Source of the DNA: Nymphaea colorata
Lineage: Eukaryota
DNA: 64,000 nt
Assembly (NCBI RefSeq): GCF_008831285.2
Contig: NC_045138.2
Span: forward strand, 19,344,001-19,408,000
Direction: 5' to 3'
In this document: piece after piece, positions 46,353 to 60,807 of the stretch
Numbering within the stretch: position 1 is the stretch's first letter
How the letters are laid out: each line of letters starts with the position of its first letter
Program-made: the position numbers and the translations under genes
The notes under the pieces: model-generated
What the model was told of the DNA's origin: nothing
Seen by the model: only the letters and a program-made list of their open reading frames with translations
Databases searched by the model: none

Positions 46353-48039
46353 TTTGGGGACCCAATCTGCTTTAGGACTATGTTTCCACTGACGTAAACA
46401 CTTTGGATTCATTGCCTCCTTGCGCTCGGAGTCACATCTCGTAATCGGATTTGGTTTCAGCTACTGAATTTGGATCTGATTCAGAATTCATGAAAAAAAC
46501 CGGGTTTTAAAATTTCTCCTCTATTGACACCTCATGATGCCAAATCCAATTACGCACGATTACAAAATTCCTACATCCAGCCCATTGCTTTCGTATATTT
46601 GTCGTGTTCCTAGTGCAGTTAGTCGAGCAAGGGTCAAATGAGGTGCATTTTTTGTTCGATTCTTGTGAGTATTATTCTTTTGCGTGACATTGAGATACCT
46701 CCCACCCCATCTGAGATCCAAATCCAGGCTTCTCAATTTGATTTTAATTCAAATCTGAGTCTAATCCAACTAAAGAATGGAGATTCTGGCTGACCTCGAT
46801 CCGGATCTTGCAAATCTGAAAAACCTGTGGCTGGAATGGTCAGCCGGATCCTAATCATCAGATCCATCCACCACCTCCCCCCACCGCCCCATACAAAGTT
46901 TAAAGATGAAAAAGCAGTGAGACGTAGGGTCCATTTTCACACCGCCCACGTCCGACTCCTACCTTTCCAACTCTTCGAGTTTTGACTCTTTGAAATGACC
47001 GAAATACCCTTAAATCCGATTCTTAATCTCTGATCAATGAGTTCGGTAGGTTTACGCGAAAGCGAGTTAAATTGGATAAACCTGACCACATATGGGAGAA
47101 ACCTGGCCAATTGGGCTCGAGTTGACCTTCTTCGGGCTCGCTTAAGCTCGGCCCAAGGTTCAAAAACCACAGCTTAGGTCAAAACGAGGCTGAACTCGGC
47201 TCGAGTCCTGAAGACTTATTTTCTACTGAAGTGAAGGGCAGTAGTGTAAATTACTCCTTTTAAGTTTCCATGAACGCTAATGATGCGTATCATTACAGAA
47301 ATTCATAGGTTTTAGGGGTTTTCGAGAGGTTTGGTGTAATAACTAAAATTTTGTATTTTACAATTAAGAGAGGACACCCTTTACAGAGAGACAGAGTTCT
47401 CTTAGCTCTTGTTTCAGAAACCACCTAAATATTTTTAAAATTACGAACCCACGACTCAGAGTTGTAAATTTTGTTATTAAATTCAACTACTTGGATGTGA
47501 TGCAAATCGAATATCCAAAATTTATATATATTTTTCAAAAATAATATAAAATTCACGTATTTATTTTTCGTAAATGGGTTCCTAAAACCTATAACGTTAT
47601 TAAGAAAACTACGGATATATGAAAAAGGAAAATCTTGAATGTAATAAAAGAAGGAGCAAAAATGAAACAGTGAAAAAAGGGAGCGCTTTCCTGAAATATT
47701 CGTCCTAAAACCTTATGCTGCAAGAGGGCGATAAATTATGTGCCAAGTAAAAAATGTGCCATCTTGAAGCGCCAGGTCAGCGTCCTATGTGGACACCGAA
47801 AAGTTGGCAGCCCGCCTTTAACTTTTTTTTTTTTTTTTTTTTTAGTTAACCACCTGTGGTTCCTCCGCTTTTCTGAAAAATACTATATTCTTTCTTTATA
47901 GCTTCCTTTCCAGCAATACAGCAAGACAGGATACCTCCATTTCCCGTCTGCAAGCGCTCTCCTTCAACCATTTCACGCCTCAGGCCTTCCCCCGCTGATG
48001 ATCGCCGGTCTGACTCGTCGTTGAAGCCCGTTTCCGATC

Positions 48040-51000
48040 ATGGTAGCTCTGATCGCCTGAAACAGTTGCCTCAGCCATACTGTAACTGTCAGCCAACTAC
48101 TAACTGTCGGATGTTTTTCTTGAAACAGGGAACTTCTGTTAACATAATTGTTGGGTCGCATGTCTGGACGGAGGATCCAGAAGAGGCATGGATCGAAGGA
48201 GAAGTCGTTGAAATCAAAGGCGAAGACGCCACGATCGTCACTACGGATGGGAAGACGGTAAGCTCAACTCTGTAACGAGATAAACAGAATTGCTTCTTGG
48301 TTGAATATGGATCCACTTAAAGTGACTACAGTTGGTTTCATCATGAAATGGAATCAGATGAATCTTCAGTCTGATCATATATATGTAAAATAACAAAGCA
48401 ACTCAGTTTGAAATTGATGATAAATTGAATCAGTTCCATTCTATAAAGAGAAAATATTTCCAGAGATTCAGATGGAAATTAGACTGTTTATGTTTTACTA
48501 GCTGGTGCTGATAAACTATATATATATATATATGAGATAATCATGATCAGGAAAAGCTATATGATTATACAGGAATTAGAAACAAAAGCTTGTGGAAGTA
48601 GACTCTGGTTGAAAAGATCGAGGAGGAAATTTATCTCTCTCTCTCTCTCTATGTGTGTGTGTGTGTGGGTGTGTGAGTGTGCGCCTGTGTGCGAGTGTCC
48701 GTGGGGAGAAAGACAGAGAAAGTACATGTAGACAATATCCTTGCAGTTACAGATGGAAATAAAAAATTGGTGGTTGTTCTGGTTGGCAAAATTCTTACTG
48801 TACTATGAACGAATATGTGCTCAAATTGCTCCGACAAACGAATATGGCTAATGGGAATAAGAAAAATATGTAATCCCTGTAGAAATAGAGGATGAAAAAT
48901 GTTGCTGTGTGTGAGTGTGAAGATTTCTGCCCAAAATGTGCGCGATTTGCTCTTACCAGCAACATTCTTCCCATCTTCAGTGAAAAAAACAGCCATCTGA
49001 ATTAATAATTTTATAAGGGTGATTGCAAACACTGAAAACTAGAGAAGAAGAATAATGCTTGGTCCAAGGAAAGCTCGTGTCCATCAGCTTCCTGGAATCA
49101 AAGAATAATTCACTTTCTCTGCAGGAGTAATGCACGCTGTTGAATCAATTATTGCTAAAATTCTCCGAGATCGAGATGTAAACCGAGCCATGAGAGAGGG
49201 AGAGAGAGAGCATGTTTGACATCTTAAGTTATCGCAACAAAAATGAAGCACGTCGTGATAGACGGCTTCTTCTCCTTTCAGACATTTTTCGCTGAATTTT
49301 TGTGGTTCTGAAAAAATGATGCGTTGATTTAGTGTTACAGTGTCTTTCAAGAGTGTTAAGTCTTAACAAAAGATTTAAACAAGCATCTGAAGAAAACTGT
49401 ACTTTATGTCTTCCAGATTGTTGCTAAAGTATCAGGCATTTACCCTAAAGACACGGAGGCACCACCAGCTGGAGTAGATGATATGACTAAGTTGGCCTAT
49501 CTTCATGAACCTGGAGTTCTGCAAAACCTCTCAGCTCGATTTGCGCTAAATGAGATTTATGTGAGTGCAAAGGGATAATAGAAGCTTAAGATGCTCAACT
49601 ACGGCATTATTTACACAAGGTTTTTCATGTGGTCGATGCTGAGTCTGGGAAATAATCTAAAACATGACTTGATTTTGTTTCTCTCCGTCATCTGCAGACG
49701 TACACAGGAAACATTCTAATAGCAGTCAATCCTTTTCGAAGATTGCCACACTTGTATGATGTTCATATGATGGAACAGTATAAAGGAGCTGCATTTGGGG
49801 AGCTCAGTCCACATCTTTTTGCAGTTGCAGATACTTCATATAGGTTTGCAAAGAAGAGGAAATAATGGCCCTCGTCTTGTGGATGAAGCAGTCACTTATA
49901 TGTGATTTTATTTTCTGCGCTTTCAGAGCAATGATAAATGAAGAATTAAGCCAGTCCATACTGGTTAGTGGTGAAAGTGGAGCTGGAAAAACAGAAACAA
50001 CGAAGATGCTTATGAGATATCTTGCATTCATGGGTGGGCGGTCTGGTACAGAAGGAAGAACAGTAGAACAGCAAGTTCTGGAGGTGAGTGAATTCACCTA
50101 TAATAGTCTTTTTTGGAGGAATCTTTGTAAAAACCATACCAAAGCTGCATGATATAGTCATCATGCATTGACGTTTAACAATTATAACCCTGTTTTCAGT
50201 CGAATCCTGTGTTAGAAGCATTTGGAAATTCCAAGACAGTAAAGAACAACAATTCAAGGTGAATACCTTTCCTGAATTTTATTTATAGTAAAAGCATGAA
50301 ATAGGCACCAAAATTCAGAGAGATCGTGTCCTACTCTTTACTCAGTCGCTTTGGTAAATTCGTGGAGATCCAATTTGACAAATATGGAAAGATTTCCGGA
50401 GCAGCAGTTCGCACATACCTTCTTGAGCGCTCTCGTGTCTGTCAGGTGTCCGACCCTGAGAGAAATTATCATTGCTTTTACATGCTCTGTGCTGCGCCAC
50501 CTGAGGTATGATATTTCCTGATCTTTTCTTGAATACTTGAGCTAGTCTTTTGACTTTTGAGGCAGTTGTCCTGTATCATTCGAAGAAGATGTCGCTGGCA
50601 TCTCAATGAAGACTTCTGTACGAACTACATAGATGACCGTTCAAACTAAGCTAAAATTTGTTCTCAGGATGCCAAGAAATTCAAAGTTGCAGACCCAAGA
50701 ACATTCCATTATCTGAATCAAAGTAACTGCTACGAAGTAGCAAATGTGAATGATGCCAGAGAATATCTAGAGACAAGAAATGCTATGGATGTTGTTGGAA
50801 TAAGTCAAGAGGAGCAGGTAAGCATCCAATGAGTGTAAGTTTAGTTCTTTCTGTTTGAGTTCTTTTTCCAGTTTGAATATGAATTTTTACTGATCGTCTC
50901 GACCCTCAATCACCAAGCAGAAAATTAATATTTAAATTTACAGGATGCTATATTCCAAGTTGTGGCAGCAATACTTCACCTTGGAAATGTTGAATTCAAA

Positions 51001-54000
51001 AAAGGGAAGGAGGCTGATTCTTCTGAACTGAAAGATGATAAAGCAAAATACCACCTTCAAACTGCTGCAGAGCTTCTTATGTATGTTGATGAGTAAATTT
51101 TGTCATCCTCTTCATTGTGATTACGTCATTTAATTTCATTGAAATCAAAATGAGCTATTCTTATCAGGTGTAATGTCAAGCCTCTTGAGGACTCCTTGTG
51201 TAAACGTGTGATTGTCACACCGGATGGAAATATAACAAAACTTCTCGATCCAGATTCAGCAGCCCTAAGTCGAGATGCCTTGGCAAAGACAATCTACTCT
51301 AGGCTGTTTGACTGGTAAGTGCTAATTTCAGCTTCAGTTATAAGTTGCACTGAGATGTAAGACAAAAGCAAGACCTTTTCTAGAAGACATACTTCAGAAT
51401 ACCTGAGCTTTATTTACTTTCCTGAAGCATCATGAAATTCAAGACTGTTAGGCTACGAAGCAAAAGAATGTCTATTTCGCTGCATTGCTACAGAAAGTAG
51501 AAAAAATCAACCACTGTAATGTTTCTCCCAATAGCTGAATCCCTTAGTTTCTATCAAGCAACTGTCTTCCAGTTTCTTTCCTATTTCTCCTTAAAACTTC
51601 CTTTGGTGAACATCTTCAATCGTAGAATATAATTTTGCATAGTGATATAATAGGTTTTGCATGTAAAACAATGCAGGATTGTGGACAAGATCAACAGTTC
51701 CATAGGACAGGATCCTAATGCAGTCAATATCATTGGAGTACTTGACATTTATGGATTTGAAAGTTTCAAGGTCAATAGGTAGGCGTTGCAAAGTTTCACT
51801 GTTTTACCCAAAAAATTGTATCCAAGTGGTAGTTTAACACCTTGCTAGTCTATTTGGTAGTTTTGAGCAGTTATGTATAAACCTTACAAATGAGAAACTG
51901 CAACAGCATTTCAATCAGGTATTTTCATAATTCTTCCACCCTCTCCCTTGAGAGCACGTTTTATGCATGCCAATCTATGTTGACAAATTATCTGCTGCAG
52001 CATGTATTTAAGATGGAGCAGGAAGAGTACACAAGGGAGGAGATTAATTGGAGTTACGTTGAGTTTGTCGACAATCAAGATGTACTAGACCTTATTGAGA
52101 AGGTACATGAATGCTGAATGTTGAATCTATGATTTTAAATACAATATATATGTTCTTTAACTTTGTCAAAACTACAAAAGGTTAATCGTATGTTGTGTGT
52201 AAAATGCAGAAGCCAGGAGGAATAATCGCACTGCTAGATGAAGCATGGTACGCCTTTCACGTGTCTCGCATCTAAAAATGCTAATTTTTGGCAAATAGAC
52301 GTTGTTTTTTTTCCAGAGGTTATATATAATGTCTTACAACCTGAATACTGGAACTGACTTAACACCGTCATATATTTGTTGCAGTATGTTCCCAAAGTCA
52401 ACTCATGAAACATTTGCACAGAAGATGTATCAAACATATAAGAATCATAAGCGCTTCAGCAAGCCAAAACTTTCACGCACTGACTTCACAATAAATCATT
52501 ACGCTGGTGATGTAAGTTTCCAAATATGATACTTCCCCTGAGTAATGTCCAAATAACAATTATTTATGCAACGGTTGCTATGCTGGTGAACCGCTGTCAG
52601 GATTTCCTTAGACCCTCCAAATCTCATGCAACGTTAACAATTGGCATATATGTTTCTTCAGGTCACTTACCAGGCAGATCAGTTCCTTGACAAGAATAAG
52701 GATTACGTCGTTGCAGAGCATCAAGCCCTACTAAATAACTCAGACTGCCCTTTTGTTGCGACCCTTTTTCCCCCTTTGTCTGAGGAAACTTCAAAATCAT
52801 CCAAGTTCTCCTCCATTGGTACCCGCTTCAAGGTAAATATATCCGTTAAGAACATGACACTAATTATACATTTTTGTCATTCTATCTATCCTTGATTTTC
52901 GCCCTCATCTCTCTCTTGCCTTTAACTCACGCAGCAACAACTGCAAGCTCTTATGGAGACCCTCAGTACTACTGAGCCTCATTACATCAGATGTGTCAAA
53001 CCAAATACTGTTCTGAAGCCGGGCATCTTTGAAAACTTCAATGTTTTAAACCAACTACGATGTGGGGTAGGTGAAACTTGGTGCCCCTGCATCTCTTGCT
53101 AACTGCAGCTGTGCGCAATCTTGTTATACCTCCAGAAATCTTCTCACTAAAATAACTCTGACATGCCGCCAGGGAGTGCTAGAAGCAATTAGGATCAGCT
53201 GTGCAGGTTATCCAACCAAAAGAACATTTGATGAGTTCATCTATCGCTTTGGAATGCTCACTCCAGATGTTTTAGATGGGTATAATTCTTTCAACACAAG
53301 ATGCTTGCTTTCTTTGTGAACAAGTTGTGTATTTTAGTTGTATATTGCTGCTTAATGGTCGTCCGATCTAATTCTTTACCTTGCTACGTACCAGCTCTGA
53401 TGAGAAAACAGCATCCGCAGCCATTTGCGACAGGATGGGATTAAAGGGCTACCAGGTTAGAAGAAACCGACATTTTCTGGCTCCAACATCGAATCAAAAT
53501 TCAGAACGCCATACATAGTCGACTGTGGCACTGGCCTTTCTCAAAAAGCTGCTTTCTGCCGCAGTTCCCCTTGCAATTTTTCTTGAGAATTTTGTCAATA
53601 ATAAAATTTTATGACTATTATGATTCTGACTGCCATTCCGTATATACAGATTGGCAAGACGAAGGTGTTCCTACGAGCAGGGCAGATGGCCGAACTCGAC
53701 GCTAGAAGAATTGAAGTCTTGGCGAACGCTGCCAAACGCATCCAGAGACAAATAAGAACACATCTTACGCGGAGAGAGTTTATTGCCTTGCGGAAGGCAT
53801 CAATTAATTTGCAGAAACTCTGGAGAGGTTTGCTTTTTCCATCTTCTCCACTGTGCCTTGTCCTAACCTTTCTGACATTCAAACTGAAGTCTTCCCACTT
53901 GAACCTTCTTTACAGCACAGCTTGCTCGGAAGCTTTATCAGTGCATGAGAGAAGAGGCAGCTTCTATTCGCATGCAGAAGCATGTGCGTGCATATATAGA

Positions 54001-57000
54001 CAGAAAAGCTTACAAAGACCTGCAGGCGTCAGCCATTGTAATGCAAACTGGTATGCGTGCATTAGCTGCCAAGAATGAATACAGGTATAGGAGGAGAACA
54101 CGCGCATCAATTGCAATACAGGTAACTAAAATGTACCTCCGAAGGGTACTTTTGTTCTATAGTAGCTTTTGACAGTTCAAAATTCAAATTTCACAAAACA
54201 TCACTTCGTCCACAATAAAAAGTTCAAAATCCAAATAACTTGGTAAGGAAATTTCTCATATTTCAAGGGGCTCACTATTACATTTCTTCTTCTGTACAGA
54301 CACATTGGCGCAGATTCAGCGCCCTTTCCAGTTATAAGCAGCAAAAGAAGGCCACCATTAATCTCCAGTGTCTCTGGCGAGCACGAGTGGCAAGGAGAGA
54401 GCTTAGGAAACTCAGATTGGTCAGTTGGTCTTTCTGCTTTCAAGTGTATAACTTAGTTTCATTCTCATGTTCAGTCCAAACTCTTTGCTGCTTCGTGTTT
54501 TACGTAGGCTGCTAGAGAAACAGGAGCTCTTAAGGAAGCCAAGGACAAGCTGGAAAAGCGCGTAGAGGAGCTTACGTGGAGATTGGAGTTTGAAAAGCAC
54601 GTGCGGGTAAGCTTATTCAACCTTGAAAACATGATAAACAGTTTTGGCTGTTCGAGTTGGAAGATTAACTTAACGTGTGACCCATTCAGCTTGACCTTGA
54701 AGAGGCAAAGGCGCAGGAGATTGCAAAGCTGCAGTCTTCTCTCAGTGAAATGCAGGTTCAGCTAGATGAAGCCAATGCTGCAATAATCAAGGAGAGGGAA
54801 GCTGCCAAGATAGCAATAGCGCAGGCACCCCCAGTCATCAAAGAAGTGCCCGTCGAAGATAACACAAGAATAGAGGCATTAACTCATCGTAATGAAGAGC
54901 TCGAGGTACTTATGTCAAACATTACATTAAAATCTCCAGATAAAGCTGTACATAAAACATTGATTAACAATACCTCGGAAGAGTTTCAGCCACTATCAAG
55001 CTATTGAAAGAATGCAAGTACCAACTAGATTGTTGTCCTAGGTGGTACCAACTGGCAACTGCTGCAGTCTATAAAGTATAGATGATAGCTCAGTTTTACT
55101 TTTTACCATCATCATCATCTTTCCCATAATACCCTATAACGCAACTCTGCAGAATGAACTGGCAAATGTTAGAGCCAAGGCAGAGGAATTTGAGAAAAGA
55201 TATTGTGAAGCCCAAAATGTAAGTGAAGAAAGGCTTGTGACCATCGAGGAAATACAGGCAAAACTTCATCAGTTCCAAGAGAATGTACAGAGGTACCAAA
55301 TTAGTGTGTTTCTGCGACTTGCTTTGCTGAATCTATCCTAATTCTTATGTTTTCTTCAGACTTGAAGCTGACTTGTCTAACATGGAGTCTGAAAACCAGA
55401 TTCTACGTCAGGAAGCATTGGTTGCATCAACAAACAAGGATCTCTCAGATGAAATCAAGATGTAAACTACTTTATAACTAGTATACGCAAGTTTCATCAA
55501 CCAATAAGAAGGAGCTGATCAGTAAAGTGATACATAAGTTACACACTAAAATGTTTCAAAAATTTTTCCTTTCAGCCTCGAGGAAAAGATAGCAAAACTG
55601 GAGCAAGAAAACAAGCTGCTTCATGAACAAACAACAACTATGCCAGCAACAATTCCCACTCCACAGCCAGAGATATCCGCTTCGCTGACTGTGACCAAGG
55701 TACATCCATTACATCCTCTTAATCTGCTTTGTAAGTGAATCTGAGTATCTGACACTTCTTCTTCTTTTCTTGCTGAAGAGGGATCAGAACTTAGAAAATG
55801 GGCATCAAGTCAAAGAAGACCACAAAGTACAAGAGGTATGTAGTTTTTCTAGTCTTAGGGTTGAGAAAAAGCATGTATGCCTGTCAGCTCTATGTCAACT
55901 TTTACAATATCTTATTGTAAGCCACACTTTCAGGAGTTGTCACTAGCATTGCTTCGATTAAGCAAACAAAAGTCGCTCACTGACAGGCAACAAGTACGTA
56001 CATCAAGGGGTTACTGAACAGTTCTAGCTTCTATATAAGATTTTGTTCAACGTACTAGCATTTACCACTTTTATTCTGTCTCTGCATAACCAGGAAAACC
56101 ATGACTTGCTTATCAAATGTCTCATAGAAGATAAGAGATTTGATAAGAAGAGACCAGCTGCTGCTTGCATCATTTACAAATCATTAATTCAGTGGCGAAG
56201 CTTTGAAGCTGATAAAACCAACATATTTGACCGGATTATTCACACGATACGCTCATCTGTCGAAGCGGTAAGCATGAGACTTCCAAGTACATGCCCATTC
56301 TTCCTTACCACATTGCAAACATTGAAGTAAAGGTGACAAAAGGTTCCTGATTTTTGGTATCCAACTATGCTTTGACTTACAGAGTCAAAATAGCATCGGT
56401 GAACTCAGTTACTGGCTTTCAATGACATCCACATTGCTATTCCTTCTGCAAAATACACTGAAAGCAAACAAGGCGCCCAGTAGGGCTTCACGTAGAGGAA
56501 AGCTAGCATCAGCTACCTTATTTGGACGAATGGCGCAGGTCAGTTACTTAACTAGTGAAAATCTTCTGCCTACAATATCATTTATAGGAAACAGTTTGTG
56601 ATCAATCTAATTATGTCTTTAGGACTTCCGGTCCACACAGGCTGGAATTGGCCTCTCCAGTGGGTACAGTGGAATTGAAGGGGAACCAGAAAACATATCC
56701 AGGGTAGATGCAAAATACCCCGCTCTGTTGTTCAAGCAGCAACTTACAGCATATGTTGAGAAAATCTATGGCATGATCCGGGACAGTCTAAAGAAGGAAA
56801 TCGCTCCATTTCTTAATACTTGCATTCAGGTAAAGTTCTTGAAGAAAAATTTCTGCCGCTGAAAACTGACATGGGACTCAAGCATGATGAAAATGCATTC
56901 CCGAGTCCTGACGCCACCAAAGCTGTCTGCTCTTGCGGCTTGAATTTATATTAGGAAAAGAACTATCGTATTAGTCTGCTATCATTTACAAGTTTTAATT

Positions 57001-59114
57001 CACAGGCACCTAAAGCTTCAAGGTCTAGACCAGCACGAGGGTCATCTAAAAGCATCCTTTCAATTACAGTAGCAAAACAAGCATCCATGGTACATTGGCA
57101 AAGTATAGTGACGTGTCTGGACAGCACCTTGGGCATCATGTGTGAGAACCACGTACGTACAGCTCTAACTTCACTTCCTAAATTGGAGCTGAGGCCCCAC
57201 GTAGTGGGCCTTTAACAAAAAAGTCATTTTTGGCCTGAAATTGTATGTATGTCTTTCATCGTCATACTGCTTCATAAGTAAATGTAAACAATCTGCAGGT
57301 ACCTCCAATGATCATAAGGAAGACATTCAATCAGGTCTTCTCATTCGTCAATGTGCAGCTTTTCAACAGGTGAGAGGTTTCATCCAATTAATACCACGGT
57401 TTATGCATCAGCTTTCCTAGAAAAGCTTTTGGCTGCCCACTTAAAATAACTTTGTCAATGAGCCATTCAGATAAATATATGACTTCTAACATTTGGTATT
57501 ACTTCTTCCTGTTTTCAAGTTTATTATTACGACGCGAATGCTGCTCATTCAGCAATGCGGAGTATGTCAAAGCAGGCCTACAGGAACTGGAGCTGTGGTG
57601 CTCTAAAGCCACAGAAGAGGTAAACTAGCCATAATCTTACATACCAAAAGCGCAAAAAGTTTTTTAACAGAGGAAACTCCAAGTAGTTTCAATCCAGAAC
57701 AGTAAATCCATATTGGACACCTAGCCTTGAAATTTACTTTTCCATTTATAGTTTGCTATATCACTTTTATGAGCTCTCTTGCTTTCTTTCCCCTATCTAA
57801 CTCTTATGGTCTAATATTGCAGTTTTCTGGTACATCCTGGGATGAGCTCCAACATATTCGGCAGGCTGTGGCCTTCTTGGTAATTGGTCGAAGAAATCGA
57901 AATGAAAATTCCATCTTTCAGGCAACATGTGACCAACCTAAATTTGTCTTAATTAAATGTAGGTCCTCCTCCAGAAGCCAACCAGATCCTTGCATGAGAT
58001 CACCGACGAGCTGTGCCCGGTAAGTGAAGCGAAGGGAACTCCTTCAGCAGTCATTTGAACATGATAAAAATGAATTAGTCATTCACGTAATCTGTTCTTG
58101 TACAAATTTCCATGCCTTTTTTTCAGGTCTTAAGTGTGCCACAGATATACAGAATTGGGACCATGTTCTGGGATGACAAGTACGGCACACAGGGTCTATC
58201 ACAAGAAGTAAGACGCCAACATGTTTTTATTTTCCATTTTATTGGTTACTGCAGGACCAATTCTTGAGAAACTATAGATATCCATGAATATGAACTTGTG
58301 GTTCTAAATTCGAAGATAAATGTCTTTCAGGTTATTAGCAAGATGAGAGTGCTGATGACAGAGGATTCTATCAGCATGCCTAACAATTCTTTCCTGCTTG
58401 ATGATGATTCAAGGTAAAGATTTGGACATATTTGAGAATGGAAATATAATGGACGAAAACATGATCTATACAGGAAGAAAGGTTTTGTTGTCTTTAAAAG
58501 TACCCCGCTCTGGTACGACCAACTGATGATGGTCAACAAATTGATGGGGTTCAAGGATTTGAAACTATAATTGATGTCTCTTGGCACAAGATCAGATCAA
58601 CATGTGCAATGGTCAGGGGACTCTCAAGAGTTTTTCCAGTGTTTTTGTCCAATGGTCACTTAGATCGTACGTTTACCTAGTCATACTATCCCGTATAGTC
58701 ATTATCTCGATTGTTTTTCACAATATTTTCACAACTGCTTTAGTGTTTTTCGATGAGAAAAGGAAAAAATGTCTAAAATTTATGAAGCAAATTGAGCGCA
58801 CTTCCTATAAGTAAAGCTTTACGGTGCTCTCATGAAAGCTTGAGACTGAATTTTTCCTTTCAGCTATTCAGAAAAAAAACGTTGTTCCAATACATTTTTG
58901 TTAAAGAATTCAAACTTAGATCTGAGCTCATCATGCGCTTGTGTATCATTGTACTTGTACTTAAGTTTTTGGAAATATGGCGTGTTGCAGCATACCCTTC
59001 TCTCTGGACGACATAGCAAGATCTGCAATGGACATACACCTCTGTGATGTTGAACCGCCTCCCCTTCTCAGGCAGAACTCGGAGTTCCATTTCTTGCTGC
59101 AACGTGCAGAGTGA
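48040..59114 (+). CDS. XI-F: Class XI myosin, XI-F (myosin-12)-like
   Basis: 40 coding exons, all GT-AG and phase-consistent: 48040-48042 (ATG), 48129-48257, 49417-49560, 49698-49843, 49927-50083, 50200-50258, 50346-50505, 50668-50817, 50944-51080, 51168-51314, 51677-51778, 51861-51918, 52001-52102, 52210-52247, 52385-52511, 52662-52832, 52935-53066, 53173-53279, 53395-53455, 53650-53827, 53916-54121, 54300-54419, 54508-54606, 54690-54905, 55153-55292, 55360-55461, 55576-55699, 55779/55788-55835, 55934-55993, 56094-56267, 56383-56538, 56623-56829, 57006-57152, 57299-57369, 57520-57619, 57823-57879, 57963-58019, 58127-58207, 58331-58413, 58991-59114 (~1559-1562 aa). P-loop [16 protein letters not shown] motifs, coiled coil and DIL domain. 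[34 protein letters not shown] and VLNQLRCG suggest the XI-F clade (clade call from recall). Confidence 0.95.
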
Positions 59115-59924
59115 AATGGCAATTTTGCTAGTATTGCATAGCAAGCGTGTGGAATTTTCCTTTCACCATGTAAAAATTCATAGTTGGTCATCTTTTTTTT
59201 TTTTTTTTATTGAATCCCATTGATTTTTTCTTCTTTTGGGGTCATTATTTTAATCTTCAATCTCCTTGTATTTGAGGTTGTGCCCTTTACTAAATAGGTC
59301 CGTGAGTGTGAATGAGATTTTACATGGACGTGTAACTGATCGTGTATTGAATTCTTTTTCTCCAATACAATAAAGGGAAAAAAGAAGTGGTTTGATTTCT
59401 GATATATTGCTGCTTTTGATCAATGAGGCGTTTGGTTTGGTGCAGCTGGGGGTTGCCCAATGCACATCGGCTTAATTTTTTTAATAAAAAAAATTGAAAG
59501 TGATGAAAAATAAATATTGGCCAAACATTGCTTTCGGGGATCGATAAATACAATCCTAGATGATATGTGATTGAGTTCATTTTCAATCGTTCCAAGAATG
59601 GAGGGATTTGGACAGCAAGCAAAGAAAATTAATAAAGAATATCTCGAACTGGTACCAACTATAGGACTAAATGACTTATATGCCCTCATTAAACTGGTAA
59701 AATCCGGCAGCTCTTCCTCCCTAGATAGAGCAGCTGCTCTCCATGCACGTGTCGTCTGCTCCAGCTCTTCTCTCTACACATCCTTCCTTCGGTTAGGAGG
59801 GCAACAGCGCGGCCATGGCTATTGGCTGCTGCCTGCCTTCACAGTAGAGGCTAAGGGCATCCTCTCTAGTGGGGAGAGACACGGTACCATCAAGTGCCTA
59901 TGCGTGCAATTTCTTAGGTGAAGG

Positions 59925-60581
59925 TGGTTGTATATGCCACTTTAATATATGACAAAAAGCCCATGTTTAATACAATTTTTTTTTTGTAGAGATAAGAATG
60001 AAAACTACAAAAAAAAGATTCGGATATTTGATAAATGTAAAATTTATCAGTCTCAATATGCATATAGTTATGACCAATATAAGGTAAAAAAAAGTTGTCA
60101 TTTTTTGTGTCAATTATAGCGTTATCTCATTATCTCATACATATTTTATTATCTCATAAATATTATTTCATACTTATATTTAGTATTATCTGATACCTCC
60201 ATCTATTATCTCATTATTTCATATATATTTTATTATTTCATACTTGTGTTTAGCGTTATCTCATGCATATGTCTGTTATTTTATTATCTCATAAATTTTT
60301 TGTTATCTCATAAACATTATCTCATTCTTATGTTTTAGAAAACTTAATAACTTAAGTGCTTCAGGCCTTTATGTTTTGGGTTGGATAAGAGTGAGTTGGG
60401 TGCGCTCTCAGTGCATGCAACACAAGTATGCCAAAGGATAAAAAGGAAGCATTTTTGAAATTATTAAGGAATGTTTTTTTTTTTACTTTTTTTTTAAATT
60501 TTTCTTTTTGACTTGACAAAAAAGTTTTTTTTATTAAATAGGAGCAATTTTGTCATTAATCATTATGACATAAGAAATTTT
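59925..60581. mobile_element. Non-autonomous Mutator-like element with internal TTATCTCAT minisatellite
   Basis: Long degenerate inverted ends: left TATGCCACTTTAATATATGACAAAAAGCCCATGTTTAATA versus reverse complement of right TATGTCATAATGATTAATGACAAAATTGCTCCTATTTAATA. Internal array of TTATCTCAT variants at 60120-60330. No TSD found. Confidence 0.55.
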
Positions 60582-60807
60582 CGTGCACCAATACGGTGTA
60601 CATATACTGTTACGGGGTTGGATGCTTATTGGGGCATCGAGCCATTTGAGACCAAGTTAAGCCCTTTCCAATTCACTGCGCCATGGGACACCGAGTGAGG
60701 ATCTAAATCCATTTTTTTTATTTTTATTTCATTTTGATTATATGCTCACAATAGAAATTTATCCTCCTGAACATTGAGATTAACGATTATTTTAGTATGT
60801 GATTGAT

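Noticed and set aside
46998..47247. Two outward-facing TEF-box-like motifs (AAGGGTATTTCGGT on minus, AAGGGCAGTAGTGT on plus) suggesting a hidden snoRNA/ncRNA promoter
   Set aside because: No adjacent RNA gene recognised, and the same motif is common in Mutator-type TIR relics; a MITE fragment lies between them.
48043..58990. U12-type or non-canonical introns in the multi-exon genes
   Set aside because: All introns I assembled are GT-AG, and none begins with the U12 donor consensus RTATCCTT.
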